Below, piece by piece: positions 52,616 to 63,129 of a DNA stretch of 64,000 nt. Under the pieces are notes generated by a model that made no database searches, had not been told where the DNA came from, and was given only the letters and a program-made list of their open reading frames with translations. How positions within the stretch are numbered: position 1 is the first letter of the stretch; every line of letters begins with the position of its first letter. A program made the position numbers and the translations under genes. Origin of the DNA: an uncultured Myxococcales bacterium (lineage in GTDB: Bacteria; Myxococcota; Kuafuiibacteriia; Kuafuiibacteriales; Kuafuiibacteriaceae); assembly GCA_964463485.1 (NCBI GenBank), contig CAYXDO010000015.1, positions 34,259 through 98,258 on the forward strand. Direction: 5' to 3'.

Positions 52616-55600
52616 CGCGCCGCCTCCTGGCACAACTTCTTGAGTGCCTCGTTTGCATTGATGATTTGGGACAACCTCGGCCGCTTCATGCCCAGCTTTT
52701 CGGCGGCTCGCGTGATGTTCCCTTGGCTCTCCGCGAGCGCCCGCGCGATCGCTTCTACCTGAATCCTCTTCTTCAGCTCGGACAGCGAGACGTCACCCGC
52801 GAGAATTCGCGAGAGCAGCGCGTCCTCGGGATTCTTGGCCGGTCGCTCCTCGGGCCTCGCGCGAATCACCTCGGGCCGCTCGGCGGTCACGAGGGGCTCG
52901 GTCGGATCGGGAGGAGGGGCCGCCGAGCGAGTGAGGGGTGGCGAATCAGCGAACAGCTCCTCGTACTCTGCGAAGTCGTCCGGACCGATCACCGAGCCAT
53001 CGGCGAGCAGAGCCACCGAGCGAATGACGTTCTCGAGCTCGCGGACGTTTCCGGGCCAGGAATACCTGGTCAGCATGGCCTCTGCGCCTTTGGACATGGA
53101 CTTCTGCGGCGTGCCGGTCTCGAGCGCATGGCGGCCGAGGAAGTGCTGTGCCAGCTCGATGATGTCCTCGACTCGCTCGCGGAGCGGCGGGAGCTCCACG
53201 GTGATTCCTCGGAGCCGATAGTAGAGGTCCTCGCGAAAAGTGCCTTGGCGCACGAGCTCCACCAGGTTCTTGTTGGTCGCACAGAGTACCCGGGCCTCCA
53301 GCTTGATGGGTCGGCCTCCGCCAACCCGTTCGAACTCACGCTCCTGCAATACTCTCAGCAGCGAGACTTGAGTCTTGGGAGAAATATCGCCGATCTCGTC
53401 GAGGAAGATGGTGCCTCCGGCCGCCATCTCGAATCGACCGGCCTTCTTCTGGTGGGCGCCGGTGAACGACCCGCGTTCGTGCCCGAACAGCTCGGACAAC
53501 AACAGGGTCTCAACCAAGGCCGCGCAGTTCAACTTCACGAAGGGTCCCGACGCGCGCGGAGACGATCGATGCAACGCCTCAGCCGCGAGCTCCTTGCCGG
53601 TACCCGACTCTCCGAGGATCAAGACCGTGTTGTCGCTGTGCGCCACTCGGTCGAGAATGTGAAAGACCTTGAGCAGCTTCGGGGAACGGCCGATGAGTGC
53701 GACATATCGCTCGTCCCATTCGGAGCTCCTCGTCCGTGCACCGCGCGGCTGCGGAGCGACGAGGATCGGCTCGCCGCTCTGTCGGCGCGACTCTCCCTTG
53801 ATCCGTTTCGAACCGGGCTCGTCGAGCGCGCGCATCGCCTGCTCGAGCTCCACCTGCGTGCGGGAACCTGCAAACGCAGCGCGAAGGTCCGCCGGGAGCT
53901 CCGCGGAGAGCTCCCCTCGCAGCTTCTCGGCCTGAAGCAAGTGGGCCCTGGCCGTTTGAGTGTCTCCGCGAAGTAGGAGCGCTCGCCCGAGCGTCGCCTC
54001 GACCTCTGCGCGGAGCAGCCTGTCCTCGGTCTTGTGCTCCGAGGCCGCCGTTTGCGCCGCTTCGACCGCCCTCGGATCCTTCTCCGCGATACGGATCTTG
54101 GCGGCGAGCAGGCTCACCTTGGTCGCGATGCGAGCGGTCTTGATCTTGGCCTTGGATGCCTCGAGCTCCGCCAGAATCTGGGCCGCCACTTGCGGCTCTC
54201 CGGCCCGCAGCTCGACTTCGGCCAGGTCTGCCAGAGTTTCGACCGGACGCTCGGGCCCGAGCCTTCGCTGATGAATCATGGCTTCGCGGAGCCGCTTGGC
54301 GGCGAGCTCGTACTGACCTCGCTCCGCAGCGATGCTCCCATCGAGCGCCAAGGAGATCGCGCGGAGGCGCTCCACCCCGCCGGCCTCGGCGATCCTGAGC
54401 GCCTCGGCGTTGTAGGCCTCCGCGCGATCCAGCGATCCGACAGCGAAGGAGAGATTCGCGAGGTTGTAAAGCACGCGGGCGAGCTGAGTCTTGTTGCCGA
54501 GCCTGCGGAACAGGCCGAGCGCGGAGCGATAGTGTCCGAGCGCGACGCCCAGCCGGGACTGCTGGTGAGCCAATACACCGAGGTTCAAGTGGCCGAACGC
54601 CAAGTGCGACATTTCTCCGGCCGACTTGGCCCGCTGAATACCGGCCTCGAGGCTCGCTTCGGCGAGGGACTCGCGCCCCGCGCGCATGTGCGCCAGGCCG
54701 ATGTTGACCAGCGAACGCGCCTCCGCGCGCAACAGCCCGCTCGACTCGGACAACCTCAACGTCTCGTCGAACGACAAGAGCGCGGTGTCCACGTCGTCAG
54801 CCGCCAGCGCGATCTTGCCCAGCAAATTCACCAGCTCGATTCGCACACGCACGGACCCGCATGAGTCTATGCTCTCGAGACCTGCTCGGCCGCGCTCCCG
54901 CGCTTCGTCCAATTTTCCCTTATGGTACAAGGCTTCGGCGCAGGCCACTTCGAGCTCGGGGCGCTCGGCAGCATCATCCGCCAATGCCCGACGAGCTTCC
55001 TCGATCACCGCCAGCGCCCGGTCGTACTCGCCCGACTGATTGGCAAGCTCCGCTTCGAAGAGTACGGCCGGTCCCACGCTGGACTCAGGCAGCGCAGCCT
55101 TCCACTCTTCGGCCCGCCGGAGCGCATCTCGACGCTCCCCGCGGATCGCCGCCAGGCGCGCCAGTTGCTCGAGCACCAGGACACGAGACTCGCCCGAGGC
55201 CAGTGGCAAGACCTCTTCATACGTGCGCGCCGCCGCGGCATGAGCCCCCGCCACGGCGTGGGCCTCCGCGGCCTTGATCGCCAAGCTCATCCCACGCTCG
55301 GGCTGATCGGAGCGCAAGTAGTGATGCGCGATGATCGCGGCTCCGGCCGGACGACCGGGCTCCGAGGCCAACACTTCAGCCCACCGCCGATGAAGGCTCT
55401 GCGCGAGAGCTGTGGGCATCGCGGCGATCGTCGAATCGAGGTTCACGCGTCGAGCGAACGAGAACCGAAGCTCGCCGTTCTCGATCGAACGATCGAGGAT
55501 TCGAGAGTCTCGCAATCCAGAGAGAGATTTCACGACGTCCTTTTGCGGGCGTCCGGTGACTTCGGCGACGACTTTGGCGGAGGCGGGCGCGGAGGCGAGC

Positions 55601-56457
55601 GCGAGCGCGTAAAGGAGCTCCCGCGAGAGCGGGTCGAGCCCGGCGAGCCGGCGCGCATAGAGCTCCTCGACGTTCGACGGCAGAGTCTCGAGGAGCTCGT
55701 CGATCTCGCGGGGCAACCCATTGGACGCGGCGAGCAACCGCTCGAGCACGCGAGGTGAGTCGAGGTAACGTCGCAACCCATCCAAGTCGAGACGACCGAG
55801 GAACATCACGTCGTCCGCGCGACGCTCCCTTTGCTCCTCGAGAAAGTCTCGTACCGGCGCACTCGACTCCGACTCATCTGAGAAACTCAGTACGAGCAAC
55901 CCAGGACGGGCTGCCTCGAGCGGCTCGCCCCGAAATCCCTCCGCCAAGTCCGCAGCGAGCTCGAGCGTATCAGCGCCCGCTCGCTCGAGCTCGTGTACGA
56001 TGACGAGCAGCCGCGTTCGCTCCGCGACTCCAAGCAACAGGCGTCGCACCGAGTCGAAAAACAGGAGTTTTCGTTCGAGCGACGGAGTCCCCGCGGCACT
56101 CTCCTCGGCCCCAAGCACCGGTTCGAGCCCAGAGAGCAGCGGGTCGATGAGCGCCCGCTCTCCCATGCTCTCCGCCCAAACGATCGCGGCTCTCGCAATT
56201 TCCGCGAAGGGCGCGAAGCTCGGGCCCGCTGCGTGGGGCGTACGCCCCTCGAGCACCAGGACGTGCCCGGCTTTTGCGCCCTTGACGAGACCGAAGAGCA
56301 AGCGACTCTTCCCTGCCCCGCTCGGTCCGTGCAGCACGACGGCGCTCCCGCGATCGGCGAGCAACCGCTCCTGCAACCGCACGAGCTCCGAGCCGCGAAC
56401 TTCCCACTTCGCGCTGCGCTCGGAGTCGGACGAAAACGATCGCGCAAGCTCGGTCAT
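52612..56457 (-). CDS. Sigma-54-dependent transcriptional activator (bEBP) with an N-terminal STAND-like P-loop NTPase and a long TPR array (about 1281 aa)
   Basis: N-terminal P-loop [14 protein letters not shown]. About 600 aa of TPR-like repeats. Central sigma-54 AAA+ domain: [23 protein letters not shown] (GAFTGA variant), [18 protein letters not shown]-terminal Fis-type [24 protein letters not shown]. Start placed at ATG 56457 (MTELARSF); ORF-track start 56820. Confidence 0.8.
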   Translation of the reverse strand: MTELARSFSSDSERSAKWEVRGSELVRLQERLLADRGSAVVLHGPSGAGKSRLLFGLVKGAKAGHVLVLEGRTPHAAGPSFAPFAEIARAAIVWAESMGERALIDPLLSGLEPVLGAEESAAGTPSLERKLLFFDSVRRLLLGVAERTRLLVIVHELERAGADTLELAADLAEGFRGEPLEAARPGLLVLSFSDESESSAPVRDFLEEQRERRADDVMFLGRLDLDGLRRYLDSPRVLERLLAASNGLPREIDELLETLPSNVEELYARRLAGLDPLSRELLYALALASAPASAKVVAEVTGRPQKDVVKSLSGLRDSRILDRSIENGELRFSFARRVNLDSTIAAMPTALAQSLHRRWAEVLASEPGRPAGAAIIAHHYLRSDQPERGMSLAIKAAEAHAVAGAHAAAARTYEEVLPLASGESRVLVLEQLARLAAIRGERRDALRRAEEWKAALPESSVGPAVLFEAELANQSGEYDRALAVIEEARRALADDAAERPELEVACAEALYHKGKLDEARERGRAGLESIDSCGSVRVRIELVNLLGKIALAADDVDTALLSFDETLRLSESSGLLRAEARSLVNIGLAHMRAGRESLAEASLEAGIQRAKSAGEMSHLAFGHLNLGVLAHQQSRLGVALGHYRSALGLFRRLGNKTQLARVLYNLANLSFAVGSLDRAEAYNAEALRIAEAGGVERLRAISLALDGSIAAERGQYELAAKRLREAMIHQRRLGPERPVETLADLAEVELRAGEPQVAAQILAELEASKAKIKTARIATKVSLLAAKIRIAEKDPRAVEAAQTAASEHKTEDRLLRAEVEATLGRALLLRGDTQTARAHLLQAEKLRGELSAELPADLRAAFAGSRTQVELEQAMRALDEPGSKRIKGESRRQSGEPILVAPQPRGARTRSSEWDERYVALIGRSPKLLKVFHILDRVAHSDNTVLILGESGTGKELAAEALHRSSPRASGPFVKLNCAALVETLLLSELFGHERGSFTGAHQKKAGRFEMAAGGTIFLDEIGDISPKTQVSLLRVLQEREFERVGGGRPIKLEARVLCATNKNLVELVRQGTFREDLYYRLRGITVELPPLRERVEDIIELAQHFLGRHALETGTPQKSMSKGAEAMLTRYSWPGNVRELENVIRSVALLADGSVIGPDDFAEYEELFADSPPLTRSAAPPPDPTEPLVTAERPEVIRARPEERPAKNPEDALLSRILAGDVSLSELKKRIQVEAIARALAESQGNITRAAEKLGMKRPRLSQIINANEALKKLCQEAAR

Positions 56458-56667
56458 TGCTCCCACTCTAGGGGCTCGACCACGCGGGAGGCCAGTCGCC
56501 AGTTGGGGGATGGGACCGCGACGTACCCGAACAAACCCGCCGGCAAAGTGGCGAGGTTCATCGGCGAGCGTAGCGCGCACCGAACGATCTGTAGCTTCCA
56601 AGGCACGAAAGACGTAGCCACCGCAGAACGACCAGCGCAGCCGGCCCCTTTCGAACGCGTACGAACG

Positions 56668-56686
56668 GGTGGCACGGGGGCTGCAT
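56668..56686 (+). promoter_or_regulatory. Candidate sigma-54 (-24/-12) promoter TGGCACG-GGGG-CTGCA, facing the 56698 gene and divergent from the sigma-54 activator gene
   Basis: TGGCAC at about 56670-56675 and GC at about 56683-56684, with exact GG-N10-GC spacing. The predicted TSS falls at or just before the ATG at 56698. Confidence 0.5.
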
Positions 56687-56697
56687 TTTCGGCTTGC

Positions 56698-57957
56698 ATG
56701 GTTGCCGTCGCGATTCAGAATCCCTTCTCGCTCCCCGCCGCTCAGCTTTCCGTGGTTGGCGAACCGACTCATCTCGATGCGGCCGAGCTTGCTGGCGCCT
56801 TCGAGGAGCTCGGACTTCAAGGTGGGGCCTCGAAGTCCGCCATCCGGCAGTTCCAGGCCCGATTCAACGCGCTCAACCCGAGCACGCCGATCAAGGTCGA
56901 TGGGATCGTCGGTCCCGAGACGCTCGGAGCCCTTCGTCAGGTGTCGAACGGCGGCGCCGACTGGACCGCGCCCTCCGCATCGTTCAACCCACAGGCCGCC
57001 TATCGCTCTGCTTCACCGGAAATGAGCGCGGATGCGCCGCGCGTCGACGCGCGCTGGCTCAATACGTTCGGCGACGCCGCGGCTCGGGAGAGCCTTCTGA
57101 GAGCGACCAACCGACAGACGGACCCACAGTCGGACGCTGAAGGCGCTTCCGTGGCGTCCGTGGCTGGCAGCCTGTCGGGCCTCGCCGCAGGCGCAGCCGT
57201 CGCCGCGCGGGCAAAGTCTCCGGTCAAACTCACTTCGATCCAAGGCGGCGCCCTGGTCGACGACGTCGCGGGCTCGATGGCCAAGAAGGCCACGCTCACG
57301 AGCCGGCCCTACACCGCGAGCTTCAACGGCGCCGAGCTCCGCGTGAACCCAGGTGAGTCGGCGAAGGTCGCCGTCGAACGTTGGGCAGCGGCCCCCCGAA
57401 CCCTGACTCAGTTCCCCACCAACACCAGCATGCTCCGCGGAGTCATGGGCGGGGACACGCTCGAGTCGGTCGCCAAGCGCATGTCCGATGCCGCCGCGAA
57501 CAGCGGCAAGCTCATCGGTCATGAGTTCAACGGCGTCAAGCTGCTCGCGCGGCCGGGTGACTCACAGGCCCAAATCCTGAAGTCGTTCACCGCCGGTCAG
57601 GCCGCCAAGAAGGCCACGAGCCAGGCCGCGGCGGTCGCAGCCAAGGCCGGAATCGCCTCGAAGATCGCCCCTCGCCTCGGCGGCGCGGTCACCGCAGCCT
57701 TCGCCGTCGCGGACATCGCCTCCGGATTCCACGCCGACAAGGTTCGCAACGACGGCTCGTACACCGAGACGACCAAGGCGAGCGGACGAGCGGCGGGCGG
57801 CGTGGCTGGCGCGTTGGCCGGCGCGAAGGTCGGAGCGGCCGTCGGCACGATCTTCTTCCCCGGCGTTGGGACCGCGGTCGGCGCGGCCATCGGCGGCGTC
57901 GCCTTTGGCGTCGCCGGATCGATCTTCGGTGAGAAGATCGCCGACGCCACCAACTGA
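56698..57957 (+). CDS. Putative peptidoglycan-binding (PGB_1-like) protein with an Ala/Gly-rich region and a C-terminal glycine-zipper membrane segment
   Basis: [20 protein letters not shown]...[17 protein letters not shown] resembles the PG_binding_1 helix-repeat. C-terminal [33 protein letters not shown] is a GxxxG zipper. The first 235 codons of ORF 55993..57957 overlap the activator gene and were excluded. Confidence 0.5.
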   Translation: MVAVAIQNPFSLPAAQLSVVGEPTHLDAAELAGAFEELGLQGGASKSAIRQFQARFNALNPSTPIKVDGIVGPETLGALRQVSNGGADWTAPSASFNPQAAYRSASPEMSADAPRVDARWLNTFGDAAARESLLRATNRQTDPQSDAEGASVASVAGSLSGLAAGAAVAARAKSPVKLTSIQGGALVDDVAGSMAKKATLTSRPYTASFNGAELRVNPGESAKVAVERWAAAPRTLTQFPTNTSMLRGVMGGDTLESVAKRMSDAAANSGKLIGHEFNGVKLLARPGDSQAQILKSFTAGQAAKKATSQAAAVAAKAGIASKIAPRLGGAVTAAFAVADIASGFHADKVRNDGSYTETTKASGRAAGGVAGALAGAKVGAAVGTIFFPGVGTAVGAAIGGVAFGVAGSIFGEKIADATN

Positions 57958-58207
57958 GTCTGTCGGCCGTCGGCCGTCACACGCGGAGAGGGTCCGACGA
58001 CCGTCGTCGGGCTCGAATATCCGGGTTCGGGCGCGAGCATGACGAGCATGGGCGCGTGAGTATGAGTGGCCTTCGACCCACCGACGAAATCTCTTCCGAA
58101 GCAGCGGACAAGGTCTCCGGGGGACAACTCAGAATCGGTGCGTCGGACGATCCTTTGGAGCAAGAGGCCGACCGGGTGGCTCGCTCCGTCTTTTGACGCT
58201 CCCGCCT

Positions 58208-59617
58208 TCAGGCAGATCCGCGATCAGCGCCACTGATACTCAGCCTTCCGCCCGACTGAATACTCAGCGCGCCGGGCGAGCCACGGTGCTCGCACACCGA
58301 GAGCGCTCCTTCCATTCGCGCTGGCACGACCGCTGAGTCGATCGCCTTTTCGATTTCGCGCGCTAGCTCCTCGATCCCCTCGGCGTCTGGCCGCGGACTC
58401 CGACATGGGACGTTCCGACGCGGGCGAGGGACGAGCCAGGTCAGCGCACGTCGGAAGCTGCTGATGCCTCCGAACACGAACAGAGTGGGCAACATCCAGA
58501 ATCCGACGAGAAAGGGGACGCCGAGCGGAACCATGAACCAGGGACCACGATCCGTGAACATCGCCACGGCGAGGATTGCTGCCGAACCGGCCGAAAGCGT
58601 TGCCACCACGACCGCGAACCCCTGGAGCTTCCGAGCCAGCGCGGCGTGGATCGACCCGCGATGCCGCAGGGTCCAAAAGACGGAGAACGCGGCCACACAA
58701 GCGACCCTCGTGACGAAGAGACGCGCCACGTCGAACGGCACTTGCGCGTCGAGGATCACTCTCGGGCTACTCAGCCGCGAGTAGCACAGAGTCGCCGCCA
58801 CGAACATGAGCACGCCTGCGAAGACGGCTTCGATCGCGGTCGCTTGGGGCTCCGAGGAACACTCAGTCCCGCCGTTGGGCCAACGCACGAGTCTCCGATA
58901 CACGACCAGCGCGCCGGCACCGAACAGCAGTAAGATCGGCGTCGCGGCGCCCACCGACACCGCCAAGGCCAAGAGCTCGGAGGCGCTGAGTCTGAGGGTC
59001 GGGGTATAGAAGTCTCCGAAGGGAGCCGCTCGAACCGCGAGTATGAAGAACACTCCCACCGCGACGAGGAACTGCGTCCTCGCAAAGTCGGTCACTTTCC
59101 TTCCGAAGGCGTCGGTGGCCGGGTCGTGGCTTCGAATGGCCAGCGAGAGCGCCCGACGGGTGAGTCGCTTGAGAGCCCGTCGACTCTCCGCCATCGCCCG
59201 AGTCCCCCCATTTCCCAAGCGCGCCTCGCGATCGATTCTCCACTCCAAAGCGTCGAGAGCTCGAAGAATCTCTCGCACGGGCCGGAGCTCGAAGCCGACC
59301 AGCGTCCGCCGGATCCTGCTCAGGGCCACGCTCGCCGAGCGAGGAAACCGAAGCGCGGCGACGAAAATGAGTATGGAGACGACGAACAAGAACGTGAGAC
59401 CGACCACCAACGTGCCGCCCATCATGAATTCGACGAGGTCCGAGCGCTGCATGACGCGGTCCCATGGCCATGGGCCAAAGCAGAGCTCTGGAGCCGTCAG
59501 AAGAAATCCGAGCGCCAACACGGTCTCGAGGCGGGCCTCGATCGGATGAGACGCGATACCCCAAGTGCCTCGACGAAGTGCCATAGCCGATGGGTCTCCA
59601 AACGTCGTACCAAGCAC
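58208..59617 (-). CDS. Hypothetical polytopic membrane protein with at least 8 TM helices
   Basis: 469-aa ORF with many long hydrophobic segments. No recognisable catalytic motif. Confidence 0.45.
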   Translation of the reverse strand: MLGTTFGDPSAMALRRGTWGIASHPIEARLETVLALGFLLTAPELCFGPWPWDRVMQRSDLVEFMMGGTLVVGLTFLFVVSILIFVAALRFPRSASVALSRIRRTLVGFELRPVREILRALDALEWRIDREARLGNGGTRAMAESRRALKRLTRRALSLAIRSHDPATDAFGRKVTDFARTQFLVAVGVFFILAVRAAPFGDFYTPTLRLSASELLALAVSVGAATPILLLFGAGALVVYRRLVRWPNGGTECSSEPQATAIEAVFAGVLMFVAATLCYSRLSSPRVILDAQVPFDVARLFVTRVACVAAFSVFWTLRHRGSIHAALARKLQGFAVVVATLSAGSAAILAVAMFTDRGPWFMVPLGVPFLVGFWMLPTLFVFGGISSFRRALTWLVPRPRRNVPCRSPRPDAEGIEELAREIEKAIDSAVVPARMEGALSVCEHRGSPGALSIQSGGRLSISGADRGSA

Positions 59618-59817
59618 GAAACCTGCGGGCCATTCGAGAGGCTGGGGAGCTTCTTACACACTCGGGAAGCCGACGGCACGGACCACACCTTCGCTACCGA
59701 GGCCAGCCCGGGCGGGCGCAGGGACTCGCGATGGGTGAGCGGCCTGGCTGGACGGTCGACTATCGAGCCCTGATCGAGCCCTGAAGGGCGGACGGTGGGG
59801 TCGGTAGAACGATGAGA

Positions 59818-61260
59818 TCAGCGGCAGTCAGCCGGGCAGGTCAGACTCGATTCGCCGCCGGGATTCTCACACTCACCGTTGCCGCACTCTGCTACTTGGT
59901 AATGGACGACTACGTCCTGACCCTCGGAGGGCGCGGGCGTCAGCACCAGGTCTTGGCCATCACTCGAGACCGTGAAGTCGGACCCGTAGCTGAGTTGCCG
60001 ATCTCCCAAGCTCACGCTGACCCCCTTGGGAAAGGCGGCGGGCGGATCGAGCAAAATTCTGTTCGGCACGATGAGCTCATTGGCAATACGCTCCAGGGTG
60101 TTGGCGAACTCGGTCTGGCAGATTGAATCGACCAGGCACGCGGCCTGTTGGCCTTGCGGGGCGTGGCAGAGAGCCCGACCAAGACCCGGGGCTGCGTCGG
60201 CGATCTTCTGCTCCATGGCGACGGCGAACTCGACGTACCGACTGCCGGCCAGGGCCGAGCAACACGACGGCGTATCGTAATACGAGCACCAGTGGCAATT
60301 TTCCCAAAACATCAGGTTCTGGTTCTCGCACCGATCGAGCGAACGGTCGCAGAACTCTCCAGCTGGACAGAGGCCTGGATTGCTGATGCAGCCCGCCGCA
60401 TGACTTCCAGGGGAAGGCGTCTGATTACACGTGTCCCCGCAGGAGGTTGGTCCGCCGTCGATGCCGATACGGCACTGGCTTGCGGAGCCGTCGTTCCCGA
60501 TCCCGCCGATCACCGCCACGCGCACCTTCGACGCCTCCTTGACGTTGAGCAGCTCGTCGACCACGACCGCGACCGGAGTGACCTGAGGATCGTCGTCGTT
60601 TTCATCGGTGACGAAGACGACGATCAAATTCGCATCCTCGCGAAGAAATCCGGCGTTGCAGCTCTCGAGGCGATCTTTACTCAGCGCGAGCAACATCGCG
60701 CTCAACCCTTCTTCCTGTCCCGATCCGCAGGAGCCGACCCGGACGTTCCCTTTGAAGAATCGCAGTTGGTCGGCGGGGGCCATGTCGGACGTGATGATCT
60801 TGCTTCCTTCGCGGCCTCGGAAACAGCCGTGTCGCAGCTGGAGGGGCTCACACTGCGAGACGTCTGGGCTCCCTTCGAGACGGCCGTTCGGGGAGTACGT
60901 GCTCACAGCGAGTCCGCCCAACTCTCCTCGGTCGCATCGCGTCGTCTGTCCCGGAGCGCAAAGCGGAAGGTGGGCGTCCGAGACGTCGGTGGTGACGATG
61001 CCGATCTGGTAGCTGCCAGACCGGGGAAGCTGGCTGATGAAGGCTTCGAAGTTCCGCGCGAGGTTCTCCTGTTCATCGGCCATGGACCCGGAGTTGTCGA
61101 CGACGAAGAGAATGTCGGCAGGCGTTGGCTTCGGTGCCGAGACGAAGACTTCGCGTTCCGTCGCCGAGCGCACCGGCGGGCGCTCGAAGTCGTAGGCAAT
61201 GCAGGCAGTCAGCAATCCAGAAGAGAGGGCGGTGAGGACGAAAGGGGACTCCTTGAACAT
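59818..61260 (-). CDS. von Willebrand factor type A (vWA) domain lipoprotein with a Cys-rich C-terminal region
   Basis: Lipoprotein signal MFKESPFVLTALSSGLLTAC. MIDAS motif ILFVVDNSGSM (DxSxS). Downstream vWA elements. C-terminal CxxC-rich region ending ECGNGECE...CPADCR. Confidence 0.7.
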   Translation of the reverse strand: MFKESPFVLTALSSGLLTACIAYDFERPPVRSATEREVFVSAPKPTPADILFVVDNSGSMADEQENLARNFEAFISQLPRSGSYQIGIVTTDVSDAHLPLCAPGQTTRCDRGELGGLAVSTYSPNGRLEGSPDVSQCEPLQLRHGCFRGREGSKIITSDMAPADQLRFFKGNVRVGSCGSGQEEGLSAMLLALSKDRLESCNAGFLREDANLIVVFVTDENDDDPQVTPVAVVVDELLNVKEASKVRVAVIGGIGNDGSASQCRIGIDGGPTSCGDTCNQTPSPGSHAAGCISNPGLCPAGEFCDRSLDRCENQNLMFWENCHWCSYYDTPSCCSALAGSRYVEFAVAMEQKIADAAPGLGRALCHAPQGQQAACLVDSICQTEFANTLERIANELIVPNRILLDPPAAFPKGVSVSLGDRQLSYGSDFTVSSDGQDLVLTPAPSEGQDVVVHYQVAECGNGECENPGGESSLTCPADCR

Positions 61261-61282
61261 GCCCCAGGGTGAGGGGCTCGAT

Positions 61283-61316
61283 GCGAAAAAAGCAAGGCGG
61301 CGAGTCTTCGCCGCCT
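61283..61316 (-). terminator. Rho-independent terminator on the minus strand: 9-bp stem aggcggcga / tcgccgcct with a 4-nt loop, followed on the minus strand by TGCTTTTTT
   Basis: Read directly: aaaaaagcaaggcggcgagtcttcgccgcct on the + strand. Lies 3' of the methyltransferase gene (stop 61464). Confidence 0.5.
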
Positions 61317-61463
61317 CGGACCGAAGGTGCGGAGACTCCCTCGAGCTTGAATCTATTGAAGGCGGGCTCCGAACCCGAACGAGCGCAAGTCCCGCCGTTC
61401 GACGTGCGCGGTGGCGTCTTCGCCAACGGTGTACCGCCATCGCTGGTCCGGACCGCAACGTTC

Positions 61464-62108
61464 TTAGGCAGGCCGACCGAGCGCCGAAATCGAGATCTGT
61501 TCGGTACGACCCCGAAACGACACCTCCCGGAACGTCTCCTCGTGAGTATATCCTGAGGCTTTCAACCGATGGACGAGCTCGTACACGACGTGACGGCGTG
61601 CCTCGGATGCCGACAAGACGAGCTTCCCTCCGGGCAGCAGCAGGCCACGAGACTCGATCAGCTCGAACAACACCGGCGGTGAGTCGGGCTCGTACAGAAT
61701 ATCCGAGCCCACCAAAAAATCGCTCGGACTAGCCTCTGTGATCGCCCAGTCGAGAAATCTCACCGAAATGCCGCGCAGCCCGCTCTGTTCGATGTTGAGC
61801 GCTGCGAGCGCCAGCGCGCCCGGCTCGCGGTCGGACGCCTCCACTTCGTAACCCAGATGGGCCAGTGTGAGGCTCACCAGCGCGGGGCCGCAACCGAGCT
61901 CCTTGATTGGTGTACTCGCTGAAATTCGAGGCCCCTGCAAGAGCCACTGGCTCGTGGCGACCGCCGCCGGCCAGATCTTCGACCAGTAGCGATCGGGCTG
62001 GTTCTTCACTTCGAACAAGCGAAAAGACAGGCTCGGCGTGAGCACGACGTCGATCGGACGAACTCGGTACGCAGAAAGGGACTCCGGTAGGCTCGGCTCG
62101 CCGCCCAT
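61464..62108 (-). CDS. Class I SAM-dependent methyltransferase (Methyltransf_16 / protein-lysine-methyltransferase-like)
   Basis: SAM motif I region IKELGCGPALVSLTLAHLGYEVEASD. Post-I acidic residue. FLVGSDILYEP motif. Confidence 0.7.
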   Translation of the reverse strand: MGGEPSLPESLSAYRVRPIDVVLTPSLSFRLFEVKNQPDRYWSKIWPAAVATSQWLLQGPRISASTPIKELGCGPALVSLTLAHLGYEVEASDREPGALALAALNIEQSGLRGISVRFLDWAITEASPSDFLVGSDILYEPDSPPVLFELIESRGLLLPGGKLVLSASEARRHVVYELVHRLKASGYTHEETFREVSFRGRTEQISISALGRPA

Positions 62109-62115
62109 CGAAGTC

Positions 62116-63129
62116 TCAAACCAGCCCGCGCGTGGAGAGCTCGTCCTTGAGCCACGCGTAATAGATCGGGGCTGCGACGAGCCCGGCCACGCCGAACGCG
62201 CTCTCCATGATCAGCATCGCCGTGAGGAGCTCCCAGGCCGACGCGCGGATCGTGGACCCTACGATTCGTGCGTTCAGGAAGTACTCGAGCTTGTGAATGA
62301 CGACGAGAAACACGAGCGAACCCACGGCAACGACCGGCGACACGGCCAGACTCACGACGACGATCGCGGTGTTCGAGACGAGATTTCCGATCACCGGCAT
62401 GAGCCCAGCGATGAACGTGACCAGCACGAGCGTCTTCGAGACGGGTAGGTGCGCGTTCAGGATGGGAAGCAAGACGAGCAGATACAGCCCCGTGAACAGC
62501 GTGTTGATCGCGGAGATTCGAACCTGAGCGAACACGATCCTCCGAAACGCTTCGCTCAGCTTGTGTACGCGGTCGGCGAGGGCTCGCGCCAGCGGGGCGG
62601 CCGCGTGGTGCTCGGTCACCTCACGGAGCGAGACCATGCCTCCGATCACCATACCGATGAGTATGTGAGCGAGGGTGTGGCCGGTCTTCTTTCCGACGAG
62701 CTGGATTTCGGAGGCGTGCTCGCGTAGCCACCGCGTCGCATCTTCTTGGACCGCGGCGGCGCTGCTCGGGATCCAGTTGGCCGCCCACTCGGGCAAGGAG
62801 GAGCGTGAGCCTTCGATGATCTCGGCCATCTTGGCCAGGAGCGCGGGGATGCTGGCGTCCTCGCTCTTGACGAGCCCGAGAGTCCAGACGACCGCGACGG
62901 TCACCATGGCGACCACGACGCCCACCAAAACCCCGACCGCCAACCCCTTCGACCCTTTGGTGGACAGGCGTCGCGCGAAGACGGGAGCGATCGAGGTGAC
63001 GAGCTCGTGCACGAGAAGGCCCGCCACGAGGGCGGGCAGGAGATGCAAACCCAGCACACCGAGGGCGCCGATGACCGACACGCCGTAGGCCGCGTACTCG
63101 GTCCGGGTCGGCTGAGTTGCTTCGGTCAT
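62116..63129 (-). CDS. AI-2E family transporter (PerM/YhhT, UPF0118)
   Basis: 8-TM protein with the conserved C-terminal core ...FIAGLMPVIGNLVSNTAIVVVSLAVSP...LVFLVVIHKLEYFLNARIVG. ATG at 63129 overlaps the stop of the upstream POT gene. The about 210-aa Arg-rich extension to 63756 in the ORF track is unlikely. Confidence 0.7.
   Translation of the reverse strand: MTEATQPTRTEYAAYGVSVIGALGVLGLHLLPALVAGLLVHELVTSIAPVFARRLSTKGSKGLAVGVLVGVVVAMVTVAVVWTLGLVKSEDASIPALLAKMAEIIEGSRSSLPEWAANWIPSSAAAVQEDATRWLREHASEIQLVGKKTGHTLAHILIGMVIGGMVSLREVTEHHAAAPLARALADRVHKLSEAFRRIVFAQVRISAINTLFTGLYLLVLLPILNAHLPVSKTLVLVTFIAGLMPVIGNLVSNTAIVVVSLAVSPVVAVGSLVFLVVIHKLEYFLNARIVGSTIRASAWELLTAMLIMESAFGVAGLVAAPIYYAWLKDELSTRGLV

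Noticed and set aside
55993-56697. First 235 codons of ORF 55993..57957 and the 56458..56820 extension of the activator ORF
   Set aside because: Both are open-frame run-ons into the neighbouring divergent gene or promoter. The activator has a good internal start (MTELARSF, 56457). The + gene can only begin after the activator's start, at or after 56698.
58863-61272. ORFs 58863..59633 (-, off-frame), 59126..59773 (+), 60148..61272 (+)
   Set aside because: Overlap the membrane-protein and vWA genes in other frames or antisense, with no motifs and Arg-rich composition.
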